Made by a program: the position numbers and the translations under genes. From Deltaproteobacteria bacterium (GTDB lineage Bacteria; Myxococcota; Kuafuiibacteriia; Kuafuiibacteriales; Kuafuiibacteriaceae), in contig WYAZ01000034.1 of the NCBI GenBank assembly GCA_011526105.1, positions 1-64,000 of the forward strand: a stretch of DNA of 64,000 bases, read 5' to 3'. Shown piece by piece: positions 9,272 to 21,700 of this stretch; within the stretch, counting starts at the first letter, position 1; every line of letters begins with the position of its first letter. The notes under the pieces were generated by a model. It was not told where the DNA came from. It did not search any database and saw only the letters and a list, made by a program, of their open reading frames with translations.

Positions 9272-10084
9272 TCAGAACTTCAGGCCAGCGCCCAGAGTGA
9301 GACCCCAGGCTTCGGTGCCGCTCGCGAACGAGGGTCCGAACGGCTCGTTGAGATTGATGTTGAGCTGGGCTCGGGCGTAGGCAGGGCCGAGCTTGAGCTG
9401 CACAAACGGCCCGACCGAGAGCTGATTGCTGTTGTCTTGGGTGGGCAGCGTCACGAAGCGCAGGTAGGCGCCGAGGTCAACGATGGGCAGGGGGATGATG
9501 GCCTCCGCTCCGAGCTGCAGCGCCAGGTTGGTGTCTCCCGCGAGATCGCCGGCCGGGATCATCACCGCGATCGCGCCGTCGGCGGCGAGCATGAAGCTGT
9601 CCGAGAGCTTGAGCTCGAGTCGAGCCGGAGCGGCGACCGAGAGCGTCTGGTAGCCATAGGTCCATGGGTTCCAGTTGCCGAGGGTCTGAGCCGCGCCGCC
9701 CACTGCTGCTGCCGCCGCCCCCTCCGTCGCGCGGTAAAGGGGCGCGGCGACCCCGAGCCCCACCTTGAAGCGCATGGAAGAGACCGACCGGGTGTAGTAG
9801 CCAGCGATGAAGGGGTTCATCAGTGCCACTCCGCTGTCTGCGCTGGTCCCAGACTGGCTCAGAAAAGCGAAGCCAGCATCCGCGTGGACCGCGAAGCTGT
9901 CGGACACCGGCACGAAGACGTGAAACTGTGGTGCAACGGAGAGGAGGTCACCCGCACCCCCGACGGCGGTGCCAAAGGTCACCTGAGCCCCGATCGCTGG
10001 ATCGAAGGCGTGCGAGACGGCGGGCGCGCCGAGCGCGGCGGCGGCAACGAGGGTGGATGCGGACAACAAGATCTTTCGAGTCAC
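9272..10084 (-). CDS. Secreted outer-membrane beta-barrel-like protein (hypothetical)
   Basis: Signal peptide MTRKILLSASTLVAAAALGAPAVSHA. Alternating hydrophobic beta-pattern. C-terminal ...LGAGLKF with a terminal Phe. Confidence 0.55.
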   Translation of the reverse strand: MTRKILLSASTLVAAAALGAPAVSHAFDPAIGAQVTFGTAVGGAGDLLSVAPQFHVFVPVSDSFAVHADAGFAFLSQSGTSADSGVALMNPFIAGYYTRSVSSMRFKVGLGVAAPLYRATEGAAAAAVGGAAQTLGNWNPWTYGYQTLSVAAPARLELKLSDSFMLAADGAIAVMIPAGDLAGDTNLALQLGAEAIIPLPIVDLGAYLRFVTLPTQDNSNQLSVGPFVQLKLGPAYARAQLNINLNEPFGPSFASGTEAWGLTLGAGLKF

Positions 10085-10191
10085 GGGTTCCTCCGAGTAA
10101 GCCTTGCTTACACGGACCTAGACTCGATGTCGCGGATTCTCGTTCGCTCTTGATCGCGCTCACTCGTGCGAAAGGGACGTCGAGATGTTCT

Positions 10192-12957
10192 CTAGCGGCC
10201 TTTCTTCTTGCGTTTGGGAGAAGCCCTTTCGGGCTCGGGCGCGGGCGCAGCCTCGGGAGCGAGTTCGGGTTCCTTCTCGAGGAGGAAGGTGAGGTGTTGG
10301 TCTTTGTCGAGCACGATGCGTCGGTCCTTCGAGCGGTAGCCGGGAGCGCTCACCTCGATGTGAACACTCGAGCCAGACCTCGGGCGACGAACCGTACTCT
10401 CCACCAGATCCCCGGCGACAAAGACAACCGCGTGCGACGGCTCGACCTCGAAGCTGAGCTCGATCTGCTCCGCCTCGACCGCGGGCACCGACGGTGCGGG
10501 CACGGGCGGTTCCACCGGCGCCGCCTCGGCGGCCTCCCCCACCGGCGGCACGACCGCCTTCAGCTCAGCGGCGACGGCAGGCGCAGCGGACGGGGGCACA
10601 CTCGGCGCCGCCCCAGCCGGCCCCGAGAGCCGATTCATCAGCGCCGGTCCTTTCAGCGCCGCGAACGCGCCGACCGCCACGATGAGCGCGAACAAGAGCA
10701 GCAGCTTCGCTGCGCGTCCCGAGGTTTCACGCTCGATCATCGGAACGAGCTGGCTCGACTCCAGCGACTCGGAACCCATCAGATGAGCATCCGAACCGGA
10801 CTCGATGCGTCCGAGGGGCGCGCGAAAGACGACCGCGGTCTCGGGCTTGTCCGCCCGCGCCGGAGTGCCGGAGCGAAGCCCCGAGGGCTTCCTAGCTTCT
10901 CCCGCCGAGAGCTCGAGGCTGGGTTTCGAGATGTCCAGGAAAGGGTCGTGACCATTGAGCTGGCTCGTACTCGCCAACGCGGCGAGCGCGCGGTCGATCG
11001 GAGGTGCCGTCTCGGCGCTCACCTCGTCGAGCAGTCGAGGATCGAGTTCCAGGAGGCCGCTCGTGAGCTTCTGTCCGCGCGGAGGCTCGGGCGTGGGCAT
11101 CACCCCGGAGATCGGCGGCGGCGCGGGCGGCGCACGATGCGAGAGCGAGTCGCGAGGAGGCTGCGTCGCATCCTGAAAAGCTGGGGTCAATGGGCGGAGC
11201 GGGGTCTCCGTCCGCGGTGGCGGCTCCCCTCTAAAGGGGGTCGGGGCCCGCTGAGTGGAGGGCGGCTGCGGCGTACCCTCGAGGAACAGGTCCAACGCCG
11301 CATCGGCCGCGGCGAGAATCGGGCTGACCGCACGCGGCGCAGGTTCGGAATCACCCCGCAGCGTATCTTCCTCGGACATCACGGAAGGCGCTTTGGTCTC
11401 CCGATCCGTGGCCTCCCTACTCGTGAGCCCGAGCCGTTCGTCGTTCGTGTCGGGTGCTTCGCCGAGCGACACCTCGTCAATCGAGAGCTCTACGTCCTCG
11501 GGGCCGTTCAAAGGTGCGCGTCCTTGGTCGGTGCGATCCTCGATGGTGACGTCTTCGGGGCTCCTTCGGGCGTGACTCCTCGACTGATGATCTGTGGCCG
11601 GCTCTCCGTGGAAGGTCTTGAAGGTGCCGTCGCCTTCCGCGATCTTGATCACCGCATCGGATTGAAGAGTCAGCGGCTCCTGTGAACCGCTGACCAGCTT
11701 GGCCGACGGGTACCCTTGAGCGGTGGGGGCCTCAGCGTTCTGAGTGAGTGGCTCGGCTACGGTCTGATCTCGCAGGAAGTTCTGCGTCGTCAGAACCGCT
11801 CCCGGATTCCCATCCATTTGATCCGTCCGGTCGCGGCTCGGCGCCACCGGCACGGGCTCGCGAGGTAATGCGGCGGAGACGTTGAGACTGATGATTCCGC
11901 TGCTGTCGAGACCATCACTCGACTCGCTCTCGAGCTTTCGGAGCCCGTGGCATTCCATCTCGAGGCGCCGCTCGAGACGATCCGTGCAGAGACGATGCAC
12001 GAGATCCGAGACGTCCGTGGAGGCGATGAGCTGGCCGCTACCCGCGAGGCACATGCGCAGGGCGTCACCCAGCTCACGTGCGGTCTGATAGCGCTCGTCC
12101 GGCTCGCGACGGAGCGCCTTCATGACGACGCGCTCGAGGCTCGGCGGATAATCCGCACGGATGCCTACCGGCGGAGGAACCTGCGCCTGCCGCACTTTGG
12201 CCGCGGTAGCGAAGTCGTTGGGCGCCGCGAAGAGGCGCTTGCCGACGGTCGACTCCCAAAGGACGATACCGAGCGCGAAGATGTCGAGACGGCGGTCGAG
12301 GTTCTTGCCGAGGATCTGCTCGGGCGCCATGTACGCGACAGTTCCCTTCTGCGTACCGGTTCGAGTCTTGGGGTATTGACCTTCCGCCTTGGCCACCCCA
12401 AAGTCGAGGACACGCAAGAAGCCGTCGTAGCCCACCATCATGTTGCGCGGTGAGAGATCGCGGTGAATGACCCCCAAGAACTCGCCGTCGTCATCGCGGA
12501 GCTCATGCGCGAGATGCAGGGCATCGCAGGCCGAAGCGATGAGATGCGCCATCATCTGGTAGGGCATCCCGGGACCACCCTTCCACGCTCGATTGAGGAT
12601 GAAAGAGAGCGTCTCGCCGCGCAGATACTCCATCGCGATGTGCAGCCGTCCGTCCTCCTCGCCCACGTCGAAGACGGAGACGATGCCCGGGTGATGGATA
12701 CGGGCGGCGATGCGCGCCTCGTTGATGAACATCTGCGCGAAGGCGTCATCCGATGACAGGTGCTCGTGGATCCGCTTCACCGCAAAGAGGCGACTGAATC
12801 CACCGACCCCGACGGTCCGAGCCAGGTACACGGTGGCCATGCCCCCGCCGCCGAGCTCGCCGAGGATCTCATAAGGCCCGATCTGGTCGGGCAGGTTATG
12901 CCTACGCGGCCAACCTTCTGTTTCGCTACCGGACAAAGCCCAGCCGGAGCATAGCAA
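10192..12957 (-). CDS. Eukaryotic-like (Hanks-type) Ser/Thr protein kinase with a disordered linker, a single TM helix and a C-terminal extracytoplasmic domain
   Basis: Gly-loop LGELGGGGMATVY, AVK lysine, catalytic loop HRDLSPRN, DFG, APE (YMAPEQ). Then about 400 aa of low complexity, a TM at AAKLLLLFALIVAVGAFAAL, and a C-terminal roughly 200-aa domain. Confidence 0.85.
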   Translation of the reverse strand: MLCSGWALSGSETEGWPRRHNLPDQIGPYEILGELGGGGMATVYLARTVGVGGFSRLFAVKRIHEHLSSDDAFAQMFINEARIAARIHHPGIVSVFDVGEEDGRLHIAMEYLRGETLSFILNRAWKGGPGMPYQMMAHLIASACDALHLAHELRDDDGEFLGVIHRDLSPRNMMVGYDGFLRVLDFGVAKAEGQYPKTRTGTQKGTVAYMAPEQILGKNLDRRLDIFALGIVLWESTVGKRLFAAPNDFATAAKVRQAQVPPPVGIRADYPPSLERVVMKALRREPDERYQTARELGDALRMCLAGSGQLIASTDVSDLVHRLCTDRLERRLEMECHGLRKLESESSDGLDSSGIISLNVSAALPREPVPVAPSRDRTDQMDGNPGAVLTTQNFLRDQTVAEPLTQNAEAPTAQGYPSAKLVSGSQEPLTLQSDAVIKIAEGDGTFKTFHGEPATDHQSRSHARRSPEDVTIEDRTDQGRAPLNGPEDVELSIDEVSLGEAPDTNDERLGLTSREATDRETKAPSVMSEEDTLRGDSEPAPRAVSPILAAADAALDLFLEGTPQPPSTQRAPTPFRGEPPPRTETPLRPLTPAFQDATQPPRDSLSHRAPPAPPPISGVMPTPEPPRGQKLTSGLLELDPRLLDEVSAETAPPIDRALAALASTSQLNGHDPFLDISKPSLELSAGEARKPSGLRSGTPARADKPETAVVFRAPLGRIESGSDAHLMGSESLESSQLVPMIERETSGRAAKLLLLFALIVAVGAFAALKGPALMNRLSGPAGAAPSVPPSAAPAVAAELKAVVPPVGEAAEAAPVEPPVPAPSVPAVEAEQIELSFEVEPSHAVVFVAGDLVESTVRRPRSGSSVHIEVSAPGYRSKDRRIVLDKDQHLTFLLEKEPELAPEAAPAPEPERASPKRKKKGR

Positions 12958-13011
12958 GACCGTGGGTTGGAGGTGAGTCCACGGCGGCGCACCGAGTACG
13001 CGCTTGGAGGT

Positions 13012-14295
13012 CTATGTGAGCGCTATGCGACGTGCTCGATCTCGGCGCCACCAATAGAGGCCGGCAGTGCCCGCAGTGGCCCCGGCAATGAGGGCGAGCA
13101 CCCCCATGGCAGCGCCCCAGCTCTCGCTGTTCGCGAGCCGAGCCACACCCACCAGGGAGATGACGGTGCCGAAGTAGCCCACGGCGTCGGCAATCCCTGC
13201 CGCGGTGGCGCTGGCTTTCTTGCCGCCAAGGTCGAGCGAGATGGCGCCGGAGAGGAAGGCGTAGGGACCAATGAGGAGAAATCCAGTCGCGGAGATGAGG
13301 ACGACCGGCCAGAGCGCCGCGCTTCCTTCCTCGACCCCGGCGAGTCCGACCAGACAGAGCGTCGCGGGCACGAGGAATAGAAACATCACCGGGCCTCGTC
13401 GCGTCGCGAAGAAACGATCGCTCAGATAGCCGGCGGCGAGGATCGAGAGTCCGCCGAAGAACGGAAAGGCGCCGCTCCAACGGGCGGCATCGCTGGCTGA
13501 GAGGTGCGTGACCTGCACGAGGTACGTTGGGGTCCAGAAGTTGAAGGTCTCACGAAGCACGGTGAGGCCGAAGGACATCACACACACCAAGAGGAAGGTC
13601 GGGCTCTTCAGGAGCGGGAGCAAGAGATCAGCGAGGCTCTCCGGTCGCAGCTCGTTCCCTCGATCGCCGTAGAGGTTTGTCTTGCGAGCCTCAGGCTCCT
13701 CCTCACCCACGTCCTTCGGGCTCTCCTTCAGCACGCGGCTCACGCCAAAGGCTACCGCCAGCAGAATGGCTGCCGAGGCCCCAAAGATGCCGCGCCAACC
13801 CAGGCCCAAGGAGAGGAGCTGGCCCAGCAAGAGCTTTGCGAACGCGTCACCAAAGAGATAGCTGAGCGCGAGCACCCCCATGATGGTGCCGAGGCGTTCG
13901 GGCGGAAACCAGGTGGATGCGATCTTGACGAGCGCCCCCCACCCCACCGACTGAACGAAGCGATTGAGCGACCACGCCATCACGAACGTCGCAAAGCCGC
14001 CCGACAGACCGAAGGCCACCGTCGCGAAGGCCGAGAGCAGCATCCCGAGCAAGAACATGCGACGGCCGCCCGCGAAGTCGCAGAGTGTTCCGCCGATCAG
14101 CTTTCCCGTCGCGTAGAAGAACAGACCGATGGAGGCGATGAGGCCGAGCTTCTCCTCGTCGATGCCCGCGCTCCGATACTCCGCGAGGAGCAGCGGGGCG
14201 GCCACCGAGAGGTTTGACCGGCAAATATAGTAGCCCGCGTACCCGACCGTCAGCGCGACGAGCGTGGTCCTCTGCCAACGCGTGAGCGGTTTCAT
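13012..14295 (-). CDS. MFS transporter, organophosphate:Pi antiporter (OPA; GlpT/UhpC-like) family
   Basis: 12 TM. The N-terminal YICRSNLSVAAP matches the OPA-family signature region (GlpT YLVRKNFALAMP). Confidence 0.8.
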   Translation of the reverse strand: MKPLTRWQRTTLVALTVGYAGYYICRSNLSVAAPLLLAEYRSAGIDEEKLGLIASIGLFFYATGKLIGGTLCDFAGGRRMFLLGMLLSAFATVAFGLSGGFATFVMAWSLNRFVQSVGWGALVKIASTWFPPERLGTIMGVLALSYLFGDAFAKLLLGQLLSLGLGWRGIFGASAAILLAVAFGVSRVLKESPKDVGEEEPEARKTNLYGDRGNELRPESLADLLLPLLKSPTFLLVCVMSFGLTVLRETFNFWTPTYLVQVTHLSASDAARWSGAFPFFGGLSILAAGYLSDRFFATRRGPVMFLFLVPATLCLVGLAGVEEGSAALWPVVLISATGFLLIGPYAFLSGAISLDLGGKKASATAAGIADAVGYFGTVISLVGVARLANSESWGAAMGVLALIAGATAGTAGLYWWRRDRARRIALT

Positions 14296-14321
14296 CTTTG
14301 GGCGCCCTCAGGACGCTTCAA

Positions 14322-15581
<1,260 letters not shown>

Positions 15582-15668
15582 GGCGCGGGACCATAGCGCC
15601 CCTCCGGCCCGCGACCAAGCACGATTCGAGCTCTTTTCCCCCTCCTCTAGGCGGCGTAGCCTGGCTCC

Positions 15669-16553
15669 ATGGGCGGTCGCTTGCATCTGGTCGATGGCAC
15701 CTACGAGCTCTTCCGCGCCCACTACTCCAAGCGTCCGTCCCATCGCCTACCCAGCGGGCAGGACGGCAAGGCGGTGCTCGGTCTGACCCACTCGCTGTTG
15801 GCGCTGCTCGACGATCCCTCGGAGAGGGTGACCCACATCGCGGTGGCCTTCGACCGTCCCATCGAGTCCTTTCGAAACGAGCTCTTCGACGGCTACAAGA
15901 CCGGCGAGGGGATCGATCCGGATCTCTACGCGCAGTTCGAACTCGCGGAGAAAGCCACCGCCGCTCTCGGTATCGTGGTCTGGCGCATGATCGACTTCGA
16001 GGCGGATGACGCGCTCGCCACCGCGGCCAAGAAGTTCTCGAAGAACGTAGATCAAGTGCGCATCATGACCCCTGACAAGGACCTCGGTCAGATCGTATCT
16101 GGGAAACACATCGTTCAAGTGGACCGCATGCGGAACCGGGTCTTCGACGAAGCTGGGGTCGAAGCACGGATGGGCGTGCCTCCCAAGAGTGTCCCGGACC
16201 TACTCGCGCTCGTCGGCGACAGCGCGGACGGCATCCCGGGCCTTCCGGGCTTCGGTGAGAAGTCCGCGGCGAAGCTTCTCGCGCGCTACCACAAGCTCGA
16301 GAAGATCCCGCCAAAGGCCGAAGACTGGGACGTGGAGCTTCGGGGGGCCGAACGCCTCGCGAACACGCTTCGAACGCACCAGTCACAGGCCAGGTTGTAC
16401 CGCAAGCTCGCCACCCTCGTGACCAAGGTGCCGCTGAGGGAACGATTCTCCGATCTGCGGTTTCGAGGGGTGCCGAGGAAGAAGTTCGCCCCCTGGTGTG
16501 TGAAGATGGGCCGAGCCAAGCTGATGGAGCGGCCGAGGCGGTGGGCGGAGTGA
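15669..16553 (+). CDS. 5'-3' exonuclease (FEN-like, Pol I N-terminal-domain family; ExoIX/Xni-like)
   Basis: [21 protein letters not shown]...[39 protein letters not shown] (H3TH) motifs. Confidence 0.8.
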   Translation: MGGRLHLVDGTYELFRAHYSKRPSHRLPSGQDGKAVLGLTHSLLALLDDPSERVTHIAVAFDRPIESFRNELFDGYKTGEGIDPDLYAQFELAEKATAALGIVVWRMIDFEADDALATAAKKFSKNVDQVRIMTPDKDLGQIVSGKHIVQVDRMRNRVFDEAGVEARMGVPPKSVPDLLALVGDSADGIPGLPGFGEKSAAKLLARYHKLEKIPPKAEDWDVELRGAERLANTLRTHQSQARLYRKLATLVTKVPLRERFSDLRFRGVPRKKFAPWCVKMGRAKLMERPRRWAE

Positions 16554-16560
16554 GAACAGA

Positions 16561-18777
16561 ATGAACGGCCCGGTGCTCGTGATCGACGATGGCAGCGCCG
16601 TCGTGTTCGAGCTGCGTTCGGTCCTGGGCCGACTCCGGATCGAGAACGAGCGCGCGTTGTCGGGTCCGCACGCGCTCCTCTTGGCAGACCGGCTGCGCCC
16701 CAGCCTCGTGCTCACGGATGTCTTCGTACCGGGAACGAACGGGGTCGCGCTGTCCCGCGCTCTCGAGGCACGGGGCATCGAGACCGTGATCCTGAGCAGC
16801 ACCGCACCCGCCTTCTCGTCGTCGGGCGCCCCCAACGCCGCCGTCATCCTGCGGGACGATCCATGGCGCGCGCCGTTGCTCAAACACTTGTTGCCGAAGG
16901 CCGGCGTACTCTCTGAGCGCACCAAGGCCGAGCTGGCGGCGTGGAGCCGGGGCGAGCCGCTCGGCTCCAACGGTCATGGGCCGGCCGAAGAAGGCGACTT
17001 TCGACCCGCTCCGCCCGCGAGATCCGAGGGCGCTGCGGATCTCGCGTCGATCCTCACGCGCATCGATGCACTCGAGGACTGCACCGCGATCACCCATCTC
17101 TTGCTCGCTGAGCTCGAGGGCACGACCGAGGTCGAAGCGCGGCTCGCGCCGCTTCGAAGGCACCCTCGGTCACAAGTCCGGCAGGCCGCGTTTCAGGCGA
17201 GCGCAGCCCTGTGCCGAGCAGAAGACGCCGCCGAGCTCGTGGCCGCAGCCGATGAGTCCAAGGCGCTGCTCTTTGTCCTCATCGGCGCGAGCACACGCGG
17301 CCCAGAGGGCCTCCCCTTTCTCGAGCACATCGCACTTCGCACCAGCGCTCCAGCGACCTTGCGCGTGAAGGCGCTCGCCGTCCACACACGCCGATCGACC
17401 ACCTCCGGCTCGAGCACGTGGCTCGCGACGCTCGTCGCAGATCCGTCCACGGAGGTGGTCCACGCTGCCCTTCGAGCGCTCGCATCGAAGGGCGTGGACA
17501 TGCTCGTACCGCTGCTCTCGAGGGTCGACCTCGGCCCAGAGACGCGAGCCGCCGCGCTGCTCGTCCTCGGACTTCGCGCCCCGCGCTCGAGCTTCGACGA
17601 AGGCATGGCCATCGCGCTCGAAGACCCGTCCGACCTCGTGCGCGCCGCGGCCTACGAGCTGGGATTCAAGCGTCTCGGGGGACGATGTGCATCGCTGCTC
17701 GAGCGACTCGTGGCGGAGGCCTCCGAGGGTGCGGGCTTCGCGGCGCTCGCCGGCGTCTTGGATCTGGACGAGGCGGGCTTCGGAGTCCTCGAGGCGATGG
17801 AGGCTTCGCCGCTGCTGCCTGCGGTGCGACGCGAGGTCGCCCGCGCCCTCTTTGAACGTTTCGGAAGAGGCGAAGCACCGAGCGAAGACCACGAACACCT
17901 GGTCGAAGACCTCAAAGAAGAGCTGGTCGAGACGCGCCCCGAAGCCCCCGCGGACTTCGTGGGCGACGAGCGCTTGGACCACGACTTCTACTCGGGCCCA
18001 ACCGAGCCACGGCGGCCGGCGGTGAGCGAACCGGCCCCGCCGCGGCCCAAGACCCCGCCCCCACGCCCACGCTCGATCAAGAGCAAGGCGCGAGCCCCCG
18101 CCGCCGAACCGGGTCCCTCGCCGCGTGAACTGCGTGCGCGACTCGACGCCGCCGAAGCGCAGGGCCAGGCGGGTTTTGCGGTCGTGGTGGAGATCGCGAG
18201 AGAGAAGCGCGCGCCCGTCGACCTCCGGACTCGCGCGATCCGACTCCTCGGCACTTCGCTCGCCGGTCCCGAGGCCTTCGTCGTGCTCGATGCTCTGCTC
18301 CTCGACGAAGCCGCTTCGGTTCAGAACGCGGCCCTCGGCGTGTTCATGGTCGCCAAGAAGCAACACCACGAGCGCTTCATCGAGGTCGCCACGCGCGTCG
18401 AGACCTCGGCCAAGGTCCGCGCGCGTGCGGTTCGGCACCTCGGGGCCCGGTACGCACGCGAGGAGATCACCGAACCCCTCGAGCGCCTCCTCTTTGATGG
18501 CTCGACACTCGTGCGGCGCGCTGCCCTCGAAGCGTTGTTCCCGACGCTCCGTGGTCTCGACGGGGACGGACTCGAGGAGGGCCTGCTCAATCTCATGGGG
18601 CATCACGCCTCCGACCGCGTCCGCGTCTCGGCCGCGCACGCCATCGGTGCTTTTGGAAGCGAGCGATCGCTGTCGGCCATCGACAGCTTGCTCACCTCGT
18701 TGTTTCAAGCATCGGAGGTGGGCCAGGCCGCGCGCCTCGCGGTCGTGCGGCTTCGCAAGCGGCTTGCGGCCGAGTAA
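16561..18777 (+). CDS. Response-regulator receiver domain protein with a C-terminal HEAT/PBS-lyase-like repeat domain
   Basis: N-terminal REC fold (VLVIDDG...LVLTDVFVPGTNG). Repeated ...VR..A..AL... helical HEAT-like units (PSTEVVHAALRALAS, DRVRVSAAHAIGAFG). Confidence 0.7.
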   Translation: MNGPVLVIDDGSAVVFELRSVLGRLRIENERALSGPHALLLADRLRPSLVLTDVFVPGTNGVALSRALEARGIETVILSSTAPAFSSSGAPNAAVILRDDPWRAPLLKHLLPKAGVLSERTKAELAAWSRGEPLGSNGHGPAEEGDFRPAPPARSEGAADLASILTRIDALEDCTAITHLLLAELEGTTEVEARLAPLRRHPRSQVRQAAFQASAALCRAEDAAELVAAADESKALLFVLIGASTRGPEGLPFLEHIALRTSAPATLRVKALAVHTRRSTTSGSSTWLATLVADPSTEVVHAALRALASKGVDMLVPLLSRVDLGPETRAAALLVLGLRAPRSSFDEGMAIALEDPSDLVRAAAYELGFKRLGGRCASLLERLVAEASEGAGFAALAGVLDLDEAGFGVLEAMEASPLLPAVRREVARALFERFGRGEAPSEDHEHLVEDLKEELVETRPEAPADFVGDERLDHDFYSGPTEPRRPAVSEPAPPRPKTPPPRPRSIKSKARAPAAEPGPSPRELRARLDAAEAQGQAGFAVVVEIAREKRAPVDLRTRAIRLLGTSLAGPEAFVVLDALLLDEAASVQNAALGVFMVAKKQHHERFIEVATRVETSAKVRARAVRHLGARYAREEITEPLERLLFDGSTLVRRAALEALFPTLRGLDGDGLEEGLLNLMGHHASDRVRVSAAHAIGAFGSERSLSAIDSLLTSLFQASEVGQAARLAVVRLRKRLAAE

Positions 18778-18781
18778 CTGT

Positions 18782-21700
18782 TCAGCGCACGGGCGGCTTC
18801 GCGCGAGGCGAAGGCAGCGGAGGCGGCTTGCCGCCATCGATCGAGGCGAGTTTCAAAACCTCGATGAGCTCGAGCAGCGGCCGTGAGAGGCTGCGTAGGG
18901 TCTCGAGGTTATTCGACTGCGACGAGACGAGCGGGCGCAGAGTGGACTCCATGCTCGCGAGATGGCTCGCGAGCATGGCCTCGAGCTTCGGATCGGTCTT
19001 CTGCTCGACGAGGATCTCGAGCTCCGGCCTCGCGAGGCGTTTGAGCGTCGCCTCGAGGTGCTGAAGCTGCGGCAACAGGAGCGCTTCCGCTTGACCGCTC
19101 TTCTCCTGGGACCTCGCGCTCACCTCGACCGCCTGCGCGATGTGCCCACGGATGCCGTCGAGCTGGTCGGAGAGCCCAGTGAGCGTTCCAATCGCCCGCG
19201 TCATGGGGTCTTCGTCCTTGCCGCCTTGGAGCTGCACCCGCCGGAAGCTCTTGCGCATCTCTTCCCATCGAGCGACCTCGTCCGGGGTCATGCGCCCTCG
19301 AAGCTCGGAGAGCTTGAGCAAGTTCTGTTCGGCCCCGGTCGTGAGCGTCTGAGCCTCGCCCACGTAGTGATCACCGATCATCGCGAGGAGCTCGTCGTCG
19401 TTCATGGCGGAGACGACCTTCTCGGCGAGCTTGTTCATGTTGCGGTAGCTGCCTTGCAGCTTGAACGGCGGCTCGGTCCGGAAGTTGTCGTCCATGGAGG
19501 CCGACCGGATGTACTCCTTGTTCACCTTGAGCAGCACCGCCTGCACTTGGAAGAGCTTCTGGAGCACCCCGATGATCTCCTCGGACTCGACCTTGGAGTA
19601 CGAATGCTGGAAGTCGGTGGTGGGGACGTCCTCGCCCTGCGCCAGCCGGATGAAGCGGTAGACGTCCTCTTGCGAGCGCGTGGCCAGCGGCGCCAAAACC
19701 GGGTTCGAGGTGAGCGCGTTTTCTACGTAGGACAGCGCGAAGACGTCTTCCTTGCCCGCGAGGATGTCGCCGAGGTTGTAGGTATCGGCGCGGTTCGCGA
19801 GCATGTCCGGGATCTGGAACTTGTCACCGGACTCCGTGTACGGATTTCCGGCCATGACCACCGCGAACTTCTTGCCGCGAAGGTCATAGGTTCGGGTGTT
19901 GCCCTTCCACACCCCTTCGATGCGACGCTGCCCGTCGCAGAGCGAAATGAACTTCTGCAGAAGCTCGGGATGCGTGTGCTGGATGTCGTCCAGATACAGC
20001 ATCACGTTGCTGCCCATCTCGAGCGCGAGGTTGATCTTCTCGACCTCTTGGCGCGCGGTGGCGTTGGGCGCCTCGGCGGGATCGATGGACGTGACGTTGT
20101 GACCCAGCGACGGACCGTTGATCTTCATGAAGACCATCCCGAGCCGGCTCGAGATGTACTCCATCAGCGTCGTCTTGCCGTAGCCAGGCGGCGAGATCAG
20201 GAGCAACAGACCCATGAGGTCGGTGCGTTTGGCGGCGCCCACCGCCCCCACCTGCTTGGCGAGATTGTCTCCGATGATCGGCAGGTAGACCTCGTTGAGC
20301 AGTCGATTCCGGACGAACGAGGTGAGCACCCGCGGCTTGAACTCATCGAGCCTTAGCCGCTTGCGCTCCCGTTCGAGGAGCGCGTGGCGAGCCTCGCGAA
20401 ACGCCATGAACCCAGGGACCCGGGTGGTCATGAACGCGCCGAGCCGCGACAAGAACTCGTCGAGCCGGAGCCCAAGCTTCTGGGACTGAATGCGCTGGTG
20501 TTGGCCCAGCAGCCCGTCGACCGTGACCTGCGTGAGCGCCGCGACCTCCTCGCGCTCGAGTCGAGTGGTCATCACCAGCACCGCGGCCTCGCGCACGACC
20601 GGGGTGTAGCGGGCTGCCTCCTCGGGGGACTTGCTGCTCAGGAACGCGTGAACCCACGCCTCGGCCAGCTCGAAGCGCTCGCGCACTTCAGCCTCGATCG
20701 AGCGAAGGTCCTCCTCGAAGGCCTGGCGTGTGCCATCGAGCCGCATCTGATCAAACAAGTGGTCGCGGAGCTCGACCGCCTCGCGGCTCGTGGTGAAACG
20801 GGGGTGGGGGTTCGCGAGCTCCTCGAAGAGATACCGACCCGCGACCTGCAAGTCGTGTTCGGGTGCATCGATCTCGTGCTCGGTCAGAAAGGTCGAGATC
20901 GCCACCGAGAGCTCGCGGGCAAAGCTGTCCACCGCGTCAGATCGCGAAAAGGCCGTGCGCAGACGGCCAAGGCTCTGAGCCCGGCGGTGCCACTTCGCGC
21001 GTTCCGCCTCGACGTTGAAGTTCGCCCAGAACAAGCACGCGAGCGCTCGGGCGTTCGGAGCGTAGCGGAGGAGACCGGCGGTCTCGCGCATGGCCACGAG
21101 CTTCTGCAGAAGCAGCGTCGCGTCGGCATCATGGAGACCACGCTCGTAGCCCTCCTCGTAGCGGGTGTTCGCGTACGCGCGTACGATCTCGAGCAGGTCC
21201 TTCTCGTCCACCGCCGCCCGATGGAGCTGAGCGAGGTCGAGCCCGTTTAGGCTTCTCTCGGCGTCAAAGAGGATGCTCGCCGCCAAGAACTCGCCGCGGT
21301 AGACGCTCGGATCTTCCGAGACGAGCTGCTGGTCCCAGTACGCCTTGGTCTCGAGGAACGCGGGGTCAGTGATGGGCTCGTAGAAGTCCGTCCCGGTGAG
21401 GTGCAGCGCCATGCCACCGTCGCGCGGAACGATGGTGAGCTCGAAGTTCTGCGTGTTGACCGAGAACTTGTGTTTGCCGAGCTTGATGACGTTGTCGCCG
21501 CCCTCGAAGAGCTCGACCTTGTCTCGCAGGTTACGGAGCGCGTTCTGGCGACCGCTCTTGAGCTTCGCCTCGAACTCGTCCGCCTTGACCTCGTCGCCCA
21601 CCGCACGCAGATCTTCGACGAGCTGACGCAGCTTCATGATCATCGCGTCGGAGGCGAAGTACGCGTTTAGCTCGTCTTCGAGCTTGAAGCTCTTGGTGCG

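Noticed and set aside
9823-11685. 620-aa plus-strand ORF antisense to the Ser/Thr kinase
   Set aside because: Composed almost entirely of Arg/Gly/Pro/Ala, whereas the minus strand has complete Hanks kinase subdomains
12958-12990. Hairpin CCGTGG-N13-CCACGG immediately downstream of the MFS gene
   Set aside because: It overlaps the kinase start region and lacks a U-tract. It is too weak to call as a terminator
17170-18837. 555-aa minus-strand ORF antisense to the REC-HEAT gene, plus others such as 16063..17163
   Set aside because: Low-complexity Arg/Gly/Ala content. The plus-strand genes have recognisable REC, HEAT and exonuclease motifs
18962-20356. 464-aa and several other long plus-strand ORFs (for example 20384..21250, 22655..23737) inside the giant ATPase gene
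   Set aside because: Antisense GC artefacts with no motifs. The minus-strand frame is continuous for 1767 aa with P-loop motifs
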